A stretch of 64,000 nt of DNA, taken from Dehalococcoidia bacterium (GTDB taxonomy: Bacteria; Chloroflexota; Dehalococcoidia; Bin125). Below the pieces are notes generated by a model. It was not told where the DNA came from, did not search any database, and saw only the letters and a list, made by a program, of their open reading frames with translations. Both the position numbers and the translations under genes were made by a program. The stretch is from contig OZ253471.1 in the NCBI GenBank assembly GCA_965261715.1, positions 624,763 through 688,762 of the forward strand. Direction: 5' to 3'. Shown piece by piece: positions 42,325 to 51,954 of the stretch. Position 1 is the first letter of the stretch. Each line of letters begins with the position of its first letter.

Positions 42325-44286
42325 CTATAGTTCCAACTTGAGCTGTTCCGCCAGGCGTTGAGTCATGCCAGGTGTTGATGCGATGTCGGTGACGTCCGCG
42401 TCGCGTAGTGCTTGCAACGATCCGAACTTGCGCAGCAGGGCTTTCTTTCGCCTGGGGCCGATTCCTTTGATTCGGTCGAGGGTGCTTTGCGATGTCTGGC
42501 GGGCTCTCAGGCGGCGGTGATATGAGATGGCGAAGCGGTGGGCTTCGTCGCGGATTCGCTGGACGAGGTAGAGGCCTTGCGACCGTCGATCAAGCCTGAC
42601 CGGGTCGGCTGAATCGACCTGGAATAGCAGCTCTTCGCGCTTGGCCAGGCCAGCGAGCGGGATGTCGTCGACGGCGAGATTGCGCATCACGTCGTGTGCC
42701 GCTGAGACCTGGCCGCGTCCGCCGTCGACGATCACGAGGTCAGGAATCGCGCCCCAGCCTTCGGACTCTGATTGCCCGTCGCGTTCCTCGTCTTCCGTCG
42801 GAGCGGAGGCGGGTTCATCGGGGACATCGAATCCTTTGGCCCGCTCGGCGCGCCGATATTCTCCTAGTCTTTTGAAGCGTCGTTGGATCACCTCGGCCAT
42901 GGATGCGAAGTCGTTGGGACCGTCGGTCGTGTCGACGGTTTTGATCCTGAAGCGCCGATATTCGCTCGTTGCCGGTCGACCGTCGAGGAAGACGACCATG
43001 GAGGCGACGACGTTGGAGCCCTGCGTGTTGGAGATGTCATAACACTCGATCCGGCGCGGTGGCGCCGGCAGGCTGAGCGCTTCTTCCAACTCCGTCAGCG
43101 CCGCGTCGGTGCGGCCGCGATCGGCCATCCAGCGGACGCGAGACATGGCCAGCGTTTCCGACGCGTTCTCGGTGGCCATCGCGACCAGGCGTCGCTTGTC
43201 GCCTCGCTGTGGGTGTCGCACCTCGACCCGCGTGCCGCGCTTCTCTGTCAACCACGATTGCAGCAGATCCAGATCTTCGATTTCGTCGGGAATCAGCACC
43301 AGTTTCGGAGGTTGCAACGCACCTTCATAGTGTTGGCGCAGGAATGATGAGATGACCGCGGCGGTCGATTCGTCCTTGACGCCGGCCACATTGAAGTGGT
43401 CGGAGCCGGCCATCTTCTGACCGCGAATGAAGAGCACCTGGACGACCGCCTCGTCGCCGTCGACCGCGAGGCCGAAGACGTCGATTTCGGCGGCCGACGT
43501 GTCGGCGGTGAGTTGCGTCTCAGTGACTCGCTCGACCGCGGTGATCTGGTCGCGAAGCTGCGCGGCGCGTTCGAAGTTCAACTCCTCGGCCGCGTCGGTC
43601 ATTGATGTTTTGAGCTGCGTGACGACCTTCTCGCTCTTGCCGTCGAGGAAGAGCATGGTCTGGTCGATCACTTCCTTGTACTCGTCGGGAGTGCAGAAGG
43701 ATGTGCACGGCGCGATGCAGCGGCGGATGTAGTACTCGAGGCAGGGCCGGGGATCGGAGCCGGTGATCTCCTTGTCGCAGGAGCGCCAGGGGAAGAGCTT
43801 CTTGACCAGATCGAGGGTTGTCCGCACCGACTTGGCGGAGGCGTAGGGACCGAAGTAGCGCCCGCCGTCCTTGGCGACGCGGCGCGTGATCGTCACTCGA
43901 GGCCAGGGCGCATCGACGTCGATTTTCAGGTAGGGATAGTGCTTGTCGTCCTTGAGCCGGACGTTGAAGAAGGGCTGATGTCGCTTGACGAGGGTCGCTT
44001 CGAGGTGCAGTGCGTCCTGCTCGGTGTGAGTGGTGACATATTCGAGCTGTGCGATCTTGGAGGCGAGCACCCGGGTCTTGCCCTCGAGCGAGCGCGGCGA
44101 GCCGAAGTAGTTGCGCACGCGGGACTTGAGATTGGCCGCTTTGCCGATGTAAATGACGCGGTCGTTGGCGTCGCGGAAGGTGTAGACGCCGGGTTTCGCC
44201 GGTAGCGCGGAGACCTGCGCCTGGAGTTGGGCGCGCGCTTGTTCGGGCGAGGTGGGCGAGGTCTGGTCGGGTGCGTCGGTGGTCAC
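42325..44286 (-). CDS. uvrC: Excinuclease ABC subunit C
   Basis: N-terminal GIY-YIG region (…GVYTFRDANDRVIYIGKAANLKSRVRNYF…). UvrBC and RNase H-like/HhH C-terminal regions. 653 aa. Confidence 0.9.
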   Translation of the reverse strand: MTTDAPDQTSPTSPEQARAQLQAQVSALPAKPGVYTFRDANDRVIYIGKAANLKSRVRNYFGSPRSLEGKTRVLASKIAQLEYVTTHTEQDALHLEATLVKRHQPFFNVRLKDDKHYPYLKIDVDAPWPRVTITRRVAKDGGRYFGPYASAKSVRTTLDLVKKLFPWRSCDKEITGSDPRPCLEYYIRRCIAPCTSFCTPDEYKEVIDQTMLFLDGKSEKVVTQLKTSMTDAAEELNFERAAQLRDQITAVERVTETQLTADTSAAEIDVFGLAVDGDEAVVQVLFIRGQKMAGSDHFNVAGVKDESTAAVISSFLRQHYEGALQPPKLVLIPDEIEDLDLLQSWLTEKRGTRVEVRHPQRGDKRRLVAMATENASETLAMSRVRWMADRGRTDAALTELEEALSLPAPPRRIECYDISNTQGSNVVASMVVFLDGRPATSEYRRFRIKTVDTTDGPNDFASMAEVIQRRFKRLGEYRRAERAKGFDVPDEPASAPTEDEERDGQSESEGWGAIPDLVIVDGGRGQVSAAHDVMRNLAVDDIPLAGLAKREELLFQVDSADPVRLDRRSQGLYLVQRIRDEAHRFAISYHRRLRARQTSQSTLDRIKGIGPRRKKALLRKFGSLQALRDADVTDIASTPGMTQRLAEQLKLEL

Positions 44287-44329
44287 GGAATCAAGGGTAT
44301 CGAAGCTGCTTCACAAGCAGGGTTGATTC

Positions 44330-44535
44330 AGGGTTCCCCCAAAGGAGACCTGCGCGTAAATCCCCTTCTCCCCCCCCTTGAGAGACCGATGCGTAACTCC
44401 CCTTCTTCCCCCTTGCGGGGGAGATGCCGAAGGCAGAGGGGGGCTCCCTATCGCAATGGGTATCTGGTCGCTGCGCCCCCCCCCTCTGTCACTCCGTGAC
44501 ATCTCCCCCCGCAAGGGGGGGAGAGGGGACCTGTG
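44330..44535. repeat. Family-A REP/MITE-like repeat cluster
   Basis: Same unit as at 2515-2930 and 42020-42300. Confidence 0.8.
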
Positions 44536-44567
44536 AGTTACGCAACTGTTTGCGAAGGAACGAGAAG

Positions 44568-44644
44568 TGGCGCGCCCGGCAGGACTCGAACCTGCGACCT
44601 CTGCCTCCGCAGGGCAGCGCTCTAATCCGCTGAGCTACGGGCGC
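44568..44644 (-). tRNA. tRNA-Arg (anticodon GCG as read)
   Basis: Reverse complement gcgcccgtagctcagcggattagagcgctgccctgcggaggcagaggtcgcaggttcgagtcctgccgggcgcgcca; anticodon loop cuGCGga. Confidence 0.7.
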
Positions 44645-44685
44645 AATGCAACGGCGGGTTGGAAGTGGCTGGAGACTTCGAGTGC

Positions 44686-44772
44686 TGGTGCCGACGAAGG
44701 GATTCGAACCCCCACGGGCTTAAGCCCACTACGCCCTGAACGTAGCGCGTCTACCAATTTCGCCACGTCGGC
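44686..44772 (-). tRNA. tRNA-Leu (CAG)
   Basis: Reverse complement gccgacgtggcgaaattggtagacgcgctacgttcagggcgtagtgggcttaagcccgtgggggttcgaatcccttcgtcggcacca. Long variable arm, anticodon CAG. Confidence 0.8.
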
Positions 44773-44862
44773 AGCGATCCGGAGTCTGCTTCGACTCCCT
44801 CCAGTCTCCTTGTTGTTGCCAACCCTTTCAAGCGTATCCCGAAATCTGATAACGGCGAATGC

Positions 44863-44939
44863 TGGTGGGCGATGCAGGACTTGAACCTGCGGCCTCTCGG
44901 ATGTGAACCGAACGCTCTAGCCAGCTGAGCTAATCGCCC
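44863..44939 (-). tRNA. tRNA-Val (CAC)
   Basis: Reverse complement gggcgattagctcagctggctagagcgttcggttcacatccgagaggccgcaggttcaagtcctgcatcgcccacca. Confidence 0.8.
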
Positions 44940-44991
44940 GTATCTGAAGGACGCACCCCAAGGTGCTGGTAGCAGACGCACCCCAAGGTGC

Positions 44992-45067
44992 TGGTAGCAG
45001 CGGCAGGACTCGAACCTGCGACACGGGGCTTATGAGTCCCCTGCTCTGCCTACTGAGCTACGCTGCC
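44992..45067 (-). tRNA. tRNA-Met (CAT), elongator type
   Basis: Reverse complement ggcagcgtagctcagtaggcagagcaggggactcataagccccgtgtcgcaggttcgagtcctgccgctgctacca. The 3' terminal 23-25 nt are tandemly duplicated immediately downstream (44950-45000). Confidence 0.75.
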
Positions 45068-45184
45068 ACTTCCAATCAGGCTAACGCACGCTATCGCGGT
45101 TGGGCGACGTCGTCAAAGCGCTCGGACCCGGCCTCCGTGCTCAATCGCATACTCTGACTCAGAGCGAGATGCACAGCTTCACAC

Positions 45185-45802
45185 TTGATGCGGACGGCGG
45201 CGGCAATGGCTCTTGAGTGGCGCCCCAACGACCCACATTCCTCGCTGGCGGGGCAGATCCTGGTCGCCTCACGACACCTCGCCGACCCCAATTTCTTCCG
45301 CACCGTCGTCCTGATTCTGGAACACCGCGAAGGCGTGTTGGGGGTCGTGCTGAATCGGCCCACGGTGATCACGATTGCCGATGTCGTGCCCGCCTGGCAG
45401 GACTTGATTGCCCAACCGCCGGTTGTGTTTCACGGCGGACCGGTCGAGCGCACCGCAGCGATCGGTCTCGCGCGTCCCGATGGGCCGGTCGATCCGGAGC
45501 AATCCGCCTTCGCTCTGACCATCGACTTTCCGGGGCGCGAGGTAGGAATCGTCAACCTCAGTGCAGAGCCGGGTGAGCTGGTCGGCGTGGTTCGTGATTT
45601 GCGGATTTACTCGGGATACGCTGGATGGAGTCCGGGGCAACTTGAAAGCGAGATTCAGGCTGGCGGCTGGTTAGTTCTCGATCATGAGGCGTTCGATCCG
45701 CTGACCAGTGATCCAGCCACGCTTTGGAACCAGGCTTCGAGTGCGGCCGCCAGCGGACAGGGAGTCAGGGCCATCGACGGGCCGTGGGTGCAAAACAACT
45801 AG
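45185..45802 (+). CDS. YqgE/AlgH-family protein (UPF0301/DUF179)
   Basis: …LAGQILVASRHLADPNFFRTVVLILEHREGVLGVVLNRP… is the characteristic DUF179 N-terminus. Confidence 0.7.
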   Translation: MMRTAAAMALEWRPNDPHSSLAGQILVASRHLADPNFFRTVVLILEHREGVLGVVLNRPTVITIADVVPAWQDLIAQPPVVFHGGPVERTAAIGLARPDGPVDPEQSAFALTIDFPGREVGIVNLSAEPGELVGVVRDLRIYSGYAGWSPGQLESEIQAGGWLVLDHEAFDPLTSDPATLWNQASSAAASGQGVRAIDGPWVQNN

Positions 45803-45856
45803 CTGGTTTCCGTTCCCGGTCGCACGGGGAGCGAGGGATGTGGGGAGGAACGCGCG

Positions 45857-47035
45857 ATGGCCGACGGCATCCTGAGCAAGCTGCGCGAGAAGCAGCAGTC
45901 TTACATCCTGTTCACCTTCTTTCGGAAGCCGTACTCGATCCGAGACGCCGTCAATCGCGTAATGGTCGCTGCGGCGATCATTGCCGCAATCGTGCTGCCC
46001 ATCTTCCTGGGCAGAGGCAGCGGGGACGCCACGGAAGGCGCCGGCTCGGGATTCACTGCTCAGTTGGCCGAGCTCGAAGAGGCGCGCGCGGAGCGTGACG
46101 AATCGGGCGGCTCAGACGAGCTCGACGCGAGGATCGAGCTACTGGAGGAACAGACCCGGCTTGGTTACCTGGAACGAGACGGCGACGCCTCGGACCGGGG
46201 CGCGCTTGCGCCGGACTTCCGATTGTTGGACCTTGAGGGTGAACCGCTTCGCTTGTCGGACATCGACGGGCCGATCGTGCTCAACTTCTGGGCCAGTTGG
46301 TGTGAACCCTGCGTCGAGGAGATGCCCGACTTTGAGATCATCAACCATGAGCTAGCGGGCCGGGTGACGTTCATCGGTGTCAACGACGGCGAAAGTCTCG
46401 AAACCGCACGGGAGTTCGCCTACAACGTGACCGGCGTCAACTACGTCGTCCTGCTCGACCCGACCAAGTCGATGACCGACGGACCGTATCCGCTGGTCGG
46501 CAGGCCGACGACGTTCTTCATTGGCGCCGACGGCCTGATCAAGGAGCTGCGGGTTGGCATCGTCGACATCGACACGCTGCGCGATTTGGTCGGCGATTTG
46601 GTCGGCGAGGAAGTCGGCGCCGGTTCCGAGCAGGCCATGCCCGAGGAATACGGCGAGGCGGCGCTCAACATCATCGACTCCGCCCGAGCGAACTTCGCGA
46701 CGGCCGGGGAACTGATCCAGCGCTGGCGCGACAATCCAGACGTGCTGAGCGACCCCGGCTGGCAACGCAACATGGAGGCGCAGACGCGAGTCTGGTCGGA
46801 TTTGACCGAACAGTTCTCAGGCCTCACACCTCCTGAACAGTGGTCGGATCTGCACCAGAAGGTGTCGGATTCGCTCGCTCAGATCGCGAATGCGGCCGGT
46901 CCGTTGGTGCGCGACGCGATTGAAGCAGCCAGTGCCGACGGCATGAATACGGCCGTCACCCTCTTCGACAGCTTCCGCGCGCAGTTCGATACCGCCGCCG
47001 ATAACCTGTCGGGCGTGATCGAAACGCAGCAATGA
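45857..47035 (+). CDS. Membrane-anchored TlpA/ResA-like thiol-disulfide oxidoreductase with extended C-terminal domain
   Basis: N-terminal TM helix. Thioredoxin-fold with WASWCEPC (CxxC) motif. Confidence 0.7.
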   Translation: MADGILSKLREKQQSYILFTFFRKPYSIRDAVNRVMVAAAIIAAIVLPIFLGRGSGDATEGAGSGFTAQLAELEEARAERDESGGSDELDARIELLEEQTRLGYLERDGDASDRGALAPDFRLLDLEGEPLRLSDIDGPIVLNFWASWCEPCVEEMPDFEIINHELAGRVTFIGVNDGESLETAREFAYNVTGVNYVVLLDPTKSMTDGPYPLVGRPTTFFIGADGLIKELRVGIVDIDTLRDLVGDLVGEEVGAGSEQAMPEEYGEAALNIIDSARANFATAGELIQRWRDNPDVLSDPGWQRNMEAQTRVWSDLTEQFSGLTPPEQWSDLHQKVSDSLAQIANAAGPLVRDAIEAASADGMNTAVTLFDSFRAQFDTAADNLSGVIETQQ

Positions 47036-47057
47036 TGATTGGGATGATTGGGATCAG

Positions 47058-47134
47058 GGGCGATTAGCTCAGGTGGCTAGAGCGTCCGGTTTACACCCGG
47101 GAGGTCGGAGGTTCGAGTCCTCCATCGCCCACCA
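47058..47134 (+). tRNA. tRNA-Val (TAC)
   Basis: gggcgattagctcaggtggctagagcgtccggtttacacccgggaggtcggaggttcgagtcctccatcgcccacca. Confidence 0.85.
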
Positions 47135-47161
47135 CTTCTCGATGAAGGTCTGCGCCTGCCA

Positions 47162-47278
47162 CTAGGAATGCTCTGAACAACTCCGATCCCCGCTTCCCCC
47201 CTCTGCGGGGGAAGCTGCCGAAGGCTGAAGGGGGGTCCCTGCTCTGCCTGCGACACCAGTTGTTCAGAGGATTCCTAG
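47162..47278. repeat. MITE-like element family B (inverted orientation copy)
   Basis: ctaggaatgctctgaacaactccgatccccgcttcccccctctgcgggggaagctgccgaaggctgaagggg...cagttgttcagaggattcctag. Confidence 0.8.
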
Positions 47279-47417
47279 CAGGGTGCTGATAAACGCCTTG
47301 TTTCGCTCGGACATTGCCTGTGTCGCTCGATCGGGCGATTGGTTCTTATCTGGTTGAGCGATGAGCGTGGGTTGTCGAATTCCCACTAATGCACCGCTAC
47401 GGACTTTTCAGCAGCAT

Positions 47418-47585
47418 GCTAGGGCCTGTTCACATTGGTGATGAAGACATAGAAGTGACACATCCCGGCTGGACCATGGGAGGCGGGACCCCCTCAGCCT
47501 TCGGCAGCTCCCCCTGCAAGGGGGAGCGGGAGAGTTGATAGGCGCTTCGATTGGGATCGCGCTGTCAATGTGAACAGGCCCTAGT
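47418..47585. repeat. MITE-like element family C (about 168 bp) with terminal inverted repeats gggcctgttcacattg, carrying a family-A-like core
   Basis: agggcctgttcacattggtg...cagccttcggcagctccccctgcaaggggg...agagttgataggcgcttcgattgggatcgcgctgtcaatgtgaacaggccctag. A half copy lies at 32945-33000. Confidence 0.75.
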
Positions 47586-47610
47586 CTGAGCGTCACGGAG
47601 GCCCACGATC

Positions 47611-48270
47611 ATGAAACAACTCGAACCTGACCTGTGGCAGACTTCTCGACGGGTGATTGACGACACCGTAGGAACCCACGCGTACCTGCTGATCCGTCCG
47701 ACCGGGAACCTGCTGCTCTATGGCATTGGCGAGGGGCAGGACGACGACCTCGACGCCATGGAGGCGCTGGGCGGCGTCGCGGTCCAAGTGCTCAGCCACC
47801 GAGATGAGTCCAGCCCCGCGTTGAACGACGTCCGTGAGCGGTTTGGCTCGCGGTTGGCTTGCAGTGAGCTCGAGATATCGGCGATCAGCGCTGACGCCGA
47901 ACCAGACCTGATTGTCGGACCGGATTGTGACGTTCCGGCGCTCGATGGTCTTGAAATTCTTGAGACGCCCGGGCACACCGACGGCAGCATCAGCTTCCGC
48001 TACCAGTCGCCGCACGGCAAGAGCTATCTCTTCACCGGCGACACCATCCTTCCCAGTCAGGGCAAGTGGGTGACGTTTGTCGTCGACCAATACGGCGGTA
48101 CGTTCGAGTCGATGGAACAGAGCCTGCTCAAGATGCGGGACCTTGATCCGGACGTTGTGGTCCCGAGCGCGTTCGTCGGCGATGTCGCGGAAGTCGAGAT
48201 GTCGGATGGTGAGTGGGCGTCGATCATCGATCATCGGGTTGAGCGCCTGCGTGAGATCGCTCCGGCCTGA
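47611..48270 (+). CDS. MBL-fold metallo-hydrolase
   Basis: 219 aa with beta-lactamase-fold motifs (…HRDES…ETPGHTDGSISF…). Confidence 0.6.
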   Translation: MKQLEPDLWQTSRRVIDDTVGTHAYLLIRPTGNLLLYGIGEGQDDDLDAMEALGGVAVQVLSHRDESSPALNDVRERFGSRLACSELEISAISADAEPDLIVGPDCDVPALDGLEILETPGHTDGSISFRYQSPHGKSYLFTGDTILPSQGKWVTFVVDQYGGTFESMEQSLLKMRDLDPDVVVPSAFVGDVAEVEMSDGEWASIIDHRVERLREIAPA

Positions 48271-48394
48271 TCTCGCGCCCTGCATCGCTGATTGACCTCT
48301 AGTAGCCTCTAGGCAAGTGCGTCTGTAGAGCTGCCCGCAGCGGCGATGCGCCGTGTTGTGGCGCCTCGTCCGAGGACATCTATTGGAGAAGGCG

Positions 48395-50065
48395 ATGACC
48401 TCACCATTGCAGGATTGGCTGGATGGGCCGTACGCCAAGGCGACGGGCCGTTTTCCCGAGCGTCGGGAAGCGTTCCATCGCTCATCGGGCGACCCGCTGG
48501 ACCCGATCTACGTCAACGGCGACTCCGACCCGCTGCCGGGCGAGTATCCATACACGCGAGGCATCCAGCCGACGATGTATCGCGGTCGGCTCTGGACGAT
48601 GCGGCAATATGCGGGCCAAGAGGACGCTGAGGCGTCAAACCATCGCTATCGATTCTTGCTTGATCAGGGCCAGACCGGACTATCGGTCGCATTTGACCTG
48701 CCAACGCAGATCGGCTACGACTCCGATGCGTCGATGGCGGAGGGCGAAGTGGGCAAGGTGGGCGTGGCGATCGATTCGATCGACGACATGCGCACGCTAT
48801 TCGACCAGATTCCGCTCGACCGCGTGACCACGTCGATGACGATCAACTCGACTGCCAACATCCTGCTTTCGCTCTACGCAGCAGTGGCCGAGGAACAGGG
48901 AGTGGGCCGCGACAAGATCGGCGGCACCGTCCAGAATGACATCCTCAAGGAGTACATCGCGCGCGGGACGTATATCTATCCGCCCAAGCCGTCAATGCGA
49001 TTGATCACCGACAGCTTTGAATACTGCACACGCGAGGTGCCGCGCTGGAACACGATCTCGATCTCCGGCTATCACATGCGCGAGGCCGGCTGCACCGCGG
49101 CTCAGGAGATCGGCTTCACGCTGGCCAATGCGATTGCCTACGTCGAAGCGGCGTTGGAACAGGGCATGGCGTTCGACAGCTTCGGCCCGCGACTCTCCTT
49201 CTTTTTTGCATGTCACAGCAACTTTCTTGAGGAGATTGGCAAGTTCCGCGCGGCGCGGCGTCTGTGGGCGAGTATCGCTCGCCAACGGTTCGGCTCTCAG
49301 AACGAGCGCGCGCAGATGCTGCGCTTCCACACGCAGACGGGCGGCGTGACGCTGACCGCGCAGCAGCCCGACAACAATGTCGTCCGCACCACGCTCCAGG
49401 CGCTGGCTGCGGTGCTTGGCGGGACGCAATCGCTGCACACGAACTCGCTTGATGAGGCGCTGGGCTTGCCGTCGGAGCACGCGGTCGAGATTGCGCTGCG
49501 CACGCAGCAGGTGATTGGCTACGAGGCGGGTGTCGCCGATGTGATCGATCCGCTCGGCGGCTCGTACTACATCGAACAGATCACCGACGAGCTCGAGGCC
49601 GAGGCGCGAAACTACATTGACCAGATCGACGCCCTCGGCGGCGCCGTCTCGGCGATTGAGCAGGGCTATCAGCAGGCTGAGATCCTCGAGGCTGCGTCCA
49701 GCTTCCAGCGCGAAGTCGAAACCGAGACCGATTCAGGCCGCGCGGGCGACAAGACGGCTGGCAAGCGTGGACGCGTGATCGTCGGTGTCAACCGGTTCGA
49801 GACGGATGAGGATTCGGACGTTGAGATCGTCCGTGTTGACCCGACGGTCCGCGAACGGCAGATTGAGAAGCTCGAGCGACTGCGTGACGGTCGTGATGCT
49901 TCTGCGGTGTCGGCCGCCCTCGATGCGATTCAGCAGGCTGCGGACACAGACGAGAACCTGGTGCCGCTGATGATGGACGCGGTCAAGCAGGCGGCGACGC
50001 TGGGCGAAATCTCCGATGCTCTACGCAAGGTCTGGGGCGAGTACCGCGAACGGATCGTCGTGTAG
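48395..50065 (+). CDS. Methylmalonyl-CoA mutase-family large (catalytic, TIM-barrel) subunit, no fused B12 domain
   Basis: …[22 protein letters not shown]…[11 protein letters not shown]… acyl-CoA mutase N-terminal domain. ATG 48395 follows a ggagaagg RBS. Confidence 0.85.
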   Translation: MTSPLQDWLDGPYAKATGRFPERREAFHRSSGDPLDPIYVNGDSDPLPGEYPYTRGIQPTMYRGRLWTMRQYAGQEDAEASNHRYRFLLDQGQTGLSVAFDLPTQIGYDSDASMAEGEVGKVGVAIDSIDDMRTLFDQIPLDRVTTSMTINSTANILLSLYAAVAEEQGVGRDKIGGTVQNDILKEYIARGTYIYPPKPSMRLITDSFEYCTREVPRWNTISISGYHMREAGCTAAQEIGFTLANAIAYVEAALEQGMAFDSFGPRLSFFFACHSNFLEEIGKFRAARRLWASIARQRFGSQNERAQMLRFHTQTGGVTLTAQQPDNNVVRTTLQALAAVLGGTQSLHTNSLDEALGLPSEHAVEIALRTQQVIGYEAGVADVIDPLGGSYYIEQITDELEAEARNYIDQIDALGGAVSAIEQGYQQAEILEAASSFQREVETETDSGRAGDKTAGKRGRVIVGVNRFETDEDSDVEIVRVDPTVRERQIEKLERLRDGRDASAVSAALDAIQQAADTDENLVPLMMDAVKQAATLGEISDALRKVWGEYRERIVV

Positions 50066-50085
50066 ACCAGGAAAGTTCAGGCGAC

Positions 50086-50622
50086 GTGCCATTCGGAAGA
50101 AAAGCAGTTGGGTGCGGGGCAGATGGCGGCTCAGGGGGCCGCTCCGACCGGGCGTGGTCGGACGCGAAGCGTCTGCGCTACTGGTGGCAGGCCGAGCGCG
50201 ACTTGCTGCTGAAGGCCCTCGCAGCCATTCCCGATGACGCCGTCGACCTCGAGATCGAGGAAGACGGCTGGTCGCCCAAAGGCATCGCAGCCCATCGGTT
50301 GTTCTGGGAGGCGGAGGAGCGCGCCGCGATTGAGGAACACCTCGGTGACGTGTTCCCGTCGCTGCTCGATTTTCCCACGGGCCGGATCGACTCGACCAAT
50401 GCGGCAGCGGTGGCGTCGCTGGGCGACAGGCGTTTGAGCGCCCTGATTCGAGCGTTGCATGACCTTCGCGAGCGAACCGCGACGCTCGTTGAGCGTGTAC
50501 CCGACACGGATCTCAACACCCAGGGCAACCCGGCCCGGATTCTGCTTGGAGTCGCGCTGGAACATGACCGTGAACATCGCCGGCAGCTCGAATCCCGATT
50601 CGGCGCGCCGGCTGAGGATTGA
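50086..50622 (+). CDS. DinB/YfiT-like four-helix-bundle protein (DinB_2-like)
   Basis: The C-terminal …ALEHDREHRRQL… region and helical character suggest the DinB_2 family. Start uncertain. Confidence 0.4.
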   Translation: MPFGRKAVGCGADGGSGGRSDRAWSDAKRLRYWWQAERDLLLKALAAIPDDAVDLEIEEDGWSPKGIAAHRLFWEAEERAAIEEHLGDVFPSLLDFPTGRIDSTNAAAVASLGDRRLSALIRALHDLRERTATLVERVPDTDLNTQGNPARILLGVALEHDREHRRQLESRFGAPAED

Positions 50623-50637
50623 ACCCACAGGAGCGAC

Positions 50638-51453
50638 ATGGCACTGACACGGATTCACCACATCGGCATCGCCGTACACGACGCGGACAAGACGGCTGAG
50701 GTCTGGCGCGATACGTTCGGTCTTGAGACCGCACTCGACACCGAGCTCGAATCGCAAGGCGTCCGCGGGGTGATTTTCCCGCTCGACAACTGCGAAATCG
50801 AACTGCTCCAGCCAACGCGTGACGACACCGGCATCTCCAAATACCTGGAGGCCAACGGCGAGGGTTTTCACCACATCTGCTTCGAGTCGACGGATGTTGG
50901 CTCGGACCTGATCGCTGCCAAAGCGAGCGGGATGGAGATGATCGATGAGGAGCCACGGCAGGGATTGACCGGAATGATTGGGTTCATCCATCCGAAGTCA
51001 AATCACGGCGTGTTGATCGAGTACGCGCAGCCTCCCGATGACGCTGCGCAGCATTCGGGCCCGGCATCGGGACCGGGTCCACACGCGCTGCACCATATGA
51101 CGGTGGCAGTCAGCGACGTGGCGCCGGTGCAGGACAAGTGGACCGAACGCTATGGATTGGCTCCGGGACGACACCTGGAATCAGAGGCCCTGGGGCTGGA
51201 GGCGCAGTTCCTGGGCATTGGACCGACAGACATCGAGCTGGTGCGTCCATTGCCGGGCAGCGGCGGTCCGTTGCCGCGCAAGCTCGATCAATCGGGCGAG
51301 GGCATGTTCATGCTCGCGCTGACCGTGCGTGACGCTGCGGCATCGGTCGACTATCTGCGCGGCGAAGGCTGGACCGTGACCGACGCCAACGCCGGCGCGT
51401 TTATTTCTCCCAAACACACGTATGGAACTCGGCTGCGGCTGTCCGAGGCTTAA
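50638..51453 (+). CDS. Methylmalonyl-CoA epimerase-like VOC protein (tandem glyoxalase-fold domains)
   Basis: …IHHIGIAVHDADKT…GEGFHHICFESTD… and a second VOC module (…HHMTVAVSD…), in a mutase gene context. Confidence 0.7.
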   Translation: MALTRIHHIGIAVHDADKTAEVWRDTFGLETALDTELESQGVRGVIFPLDNCEIELLQPTRDDTGISKYLEANGEGFHHICFESTDVGSDLIAAKASGMEMIDEEPRQGLTGMIGFIHPKSNHGVLIEYAQPPDDAAQHSGPASGPGPHALHHMTVAVSDVAPVQDKWTERYGLAPGRHLESEALGLEAQFLGIGPTDIELVRPLPGSGGPLPRKLDQSGEGMFMLALTVRDAAASVDYLRGEGWTVTDANAGAFISPKHTYGTRLRLSEA

Positions 51454-51522
51454 GCTGGTGGTTGCTTACTCGCTCCGTCCAAGCAGACGAAGTAGAGATG
51501 GCGCAGATCGGAAGTTGAGACC

Positions 51523-51954
51523 ATGAGCGACACCACCACCATGACAGACCAGATTCGCGTGTTGGTCGCGAAGCCGGGCCTCGACGGCCACGACCGTGGA
51601 GCGAAAATCGTTGCCCGGGCCCTGCGCGACTCGGGCATGGAAGTGATCTACACCGGAATCCGGCAGACCCCCGACATGATCGCCGAAGCAGCGTTGCAGG
51701 AAGATGTGCATGTGGTGGCTCTGTCTGTGCTCTCCGGCGCCCACCTCGAGTTGTTCCCGCGCATCCTTGACGCCTGTCGGCAGCGGGGTATTACACCTGA
51801 GAACACGCTGTTCCTCGGCGGAGGCATTATTCCCGACGAGGACGCCGAAGTATTGCAGAACGCAGGCTTTTCCGCCGTCTTTGGACCGGGCGCGCACACC
51901 GGCGACATCGCCGAGTACGTCCGCGCCCACGTGCCTGGGCTTGACCGGTCGTGA
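51523..51954 (+). CDS. Cobalamin (B12)-binding subunit of methylmalonyl-CoA mutase family
   Basis: …VLVAKPGLDGHDRGAKIV… is the canonical DxHxxG B12-binding motif. Confidence 0.85.
   Translation: MSDTTTMTDQIRVLVAKPGLDGHDRGAKIVARALRDSGMEVIYTGIRQTPDMIAEAALQEDVHVVALSVLSGAHLELFPRILDACRQRGITPENTLFLGGGIIPDEDAEVLQNAGFSAVFGPGAHTGDIAEYVRAHVPGLDRS

Noticed and set aside
50131-50991. 286-aa minus-strand ORF
   Set aside because: Antisense to the DinB-like and epimerase genes.
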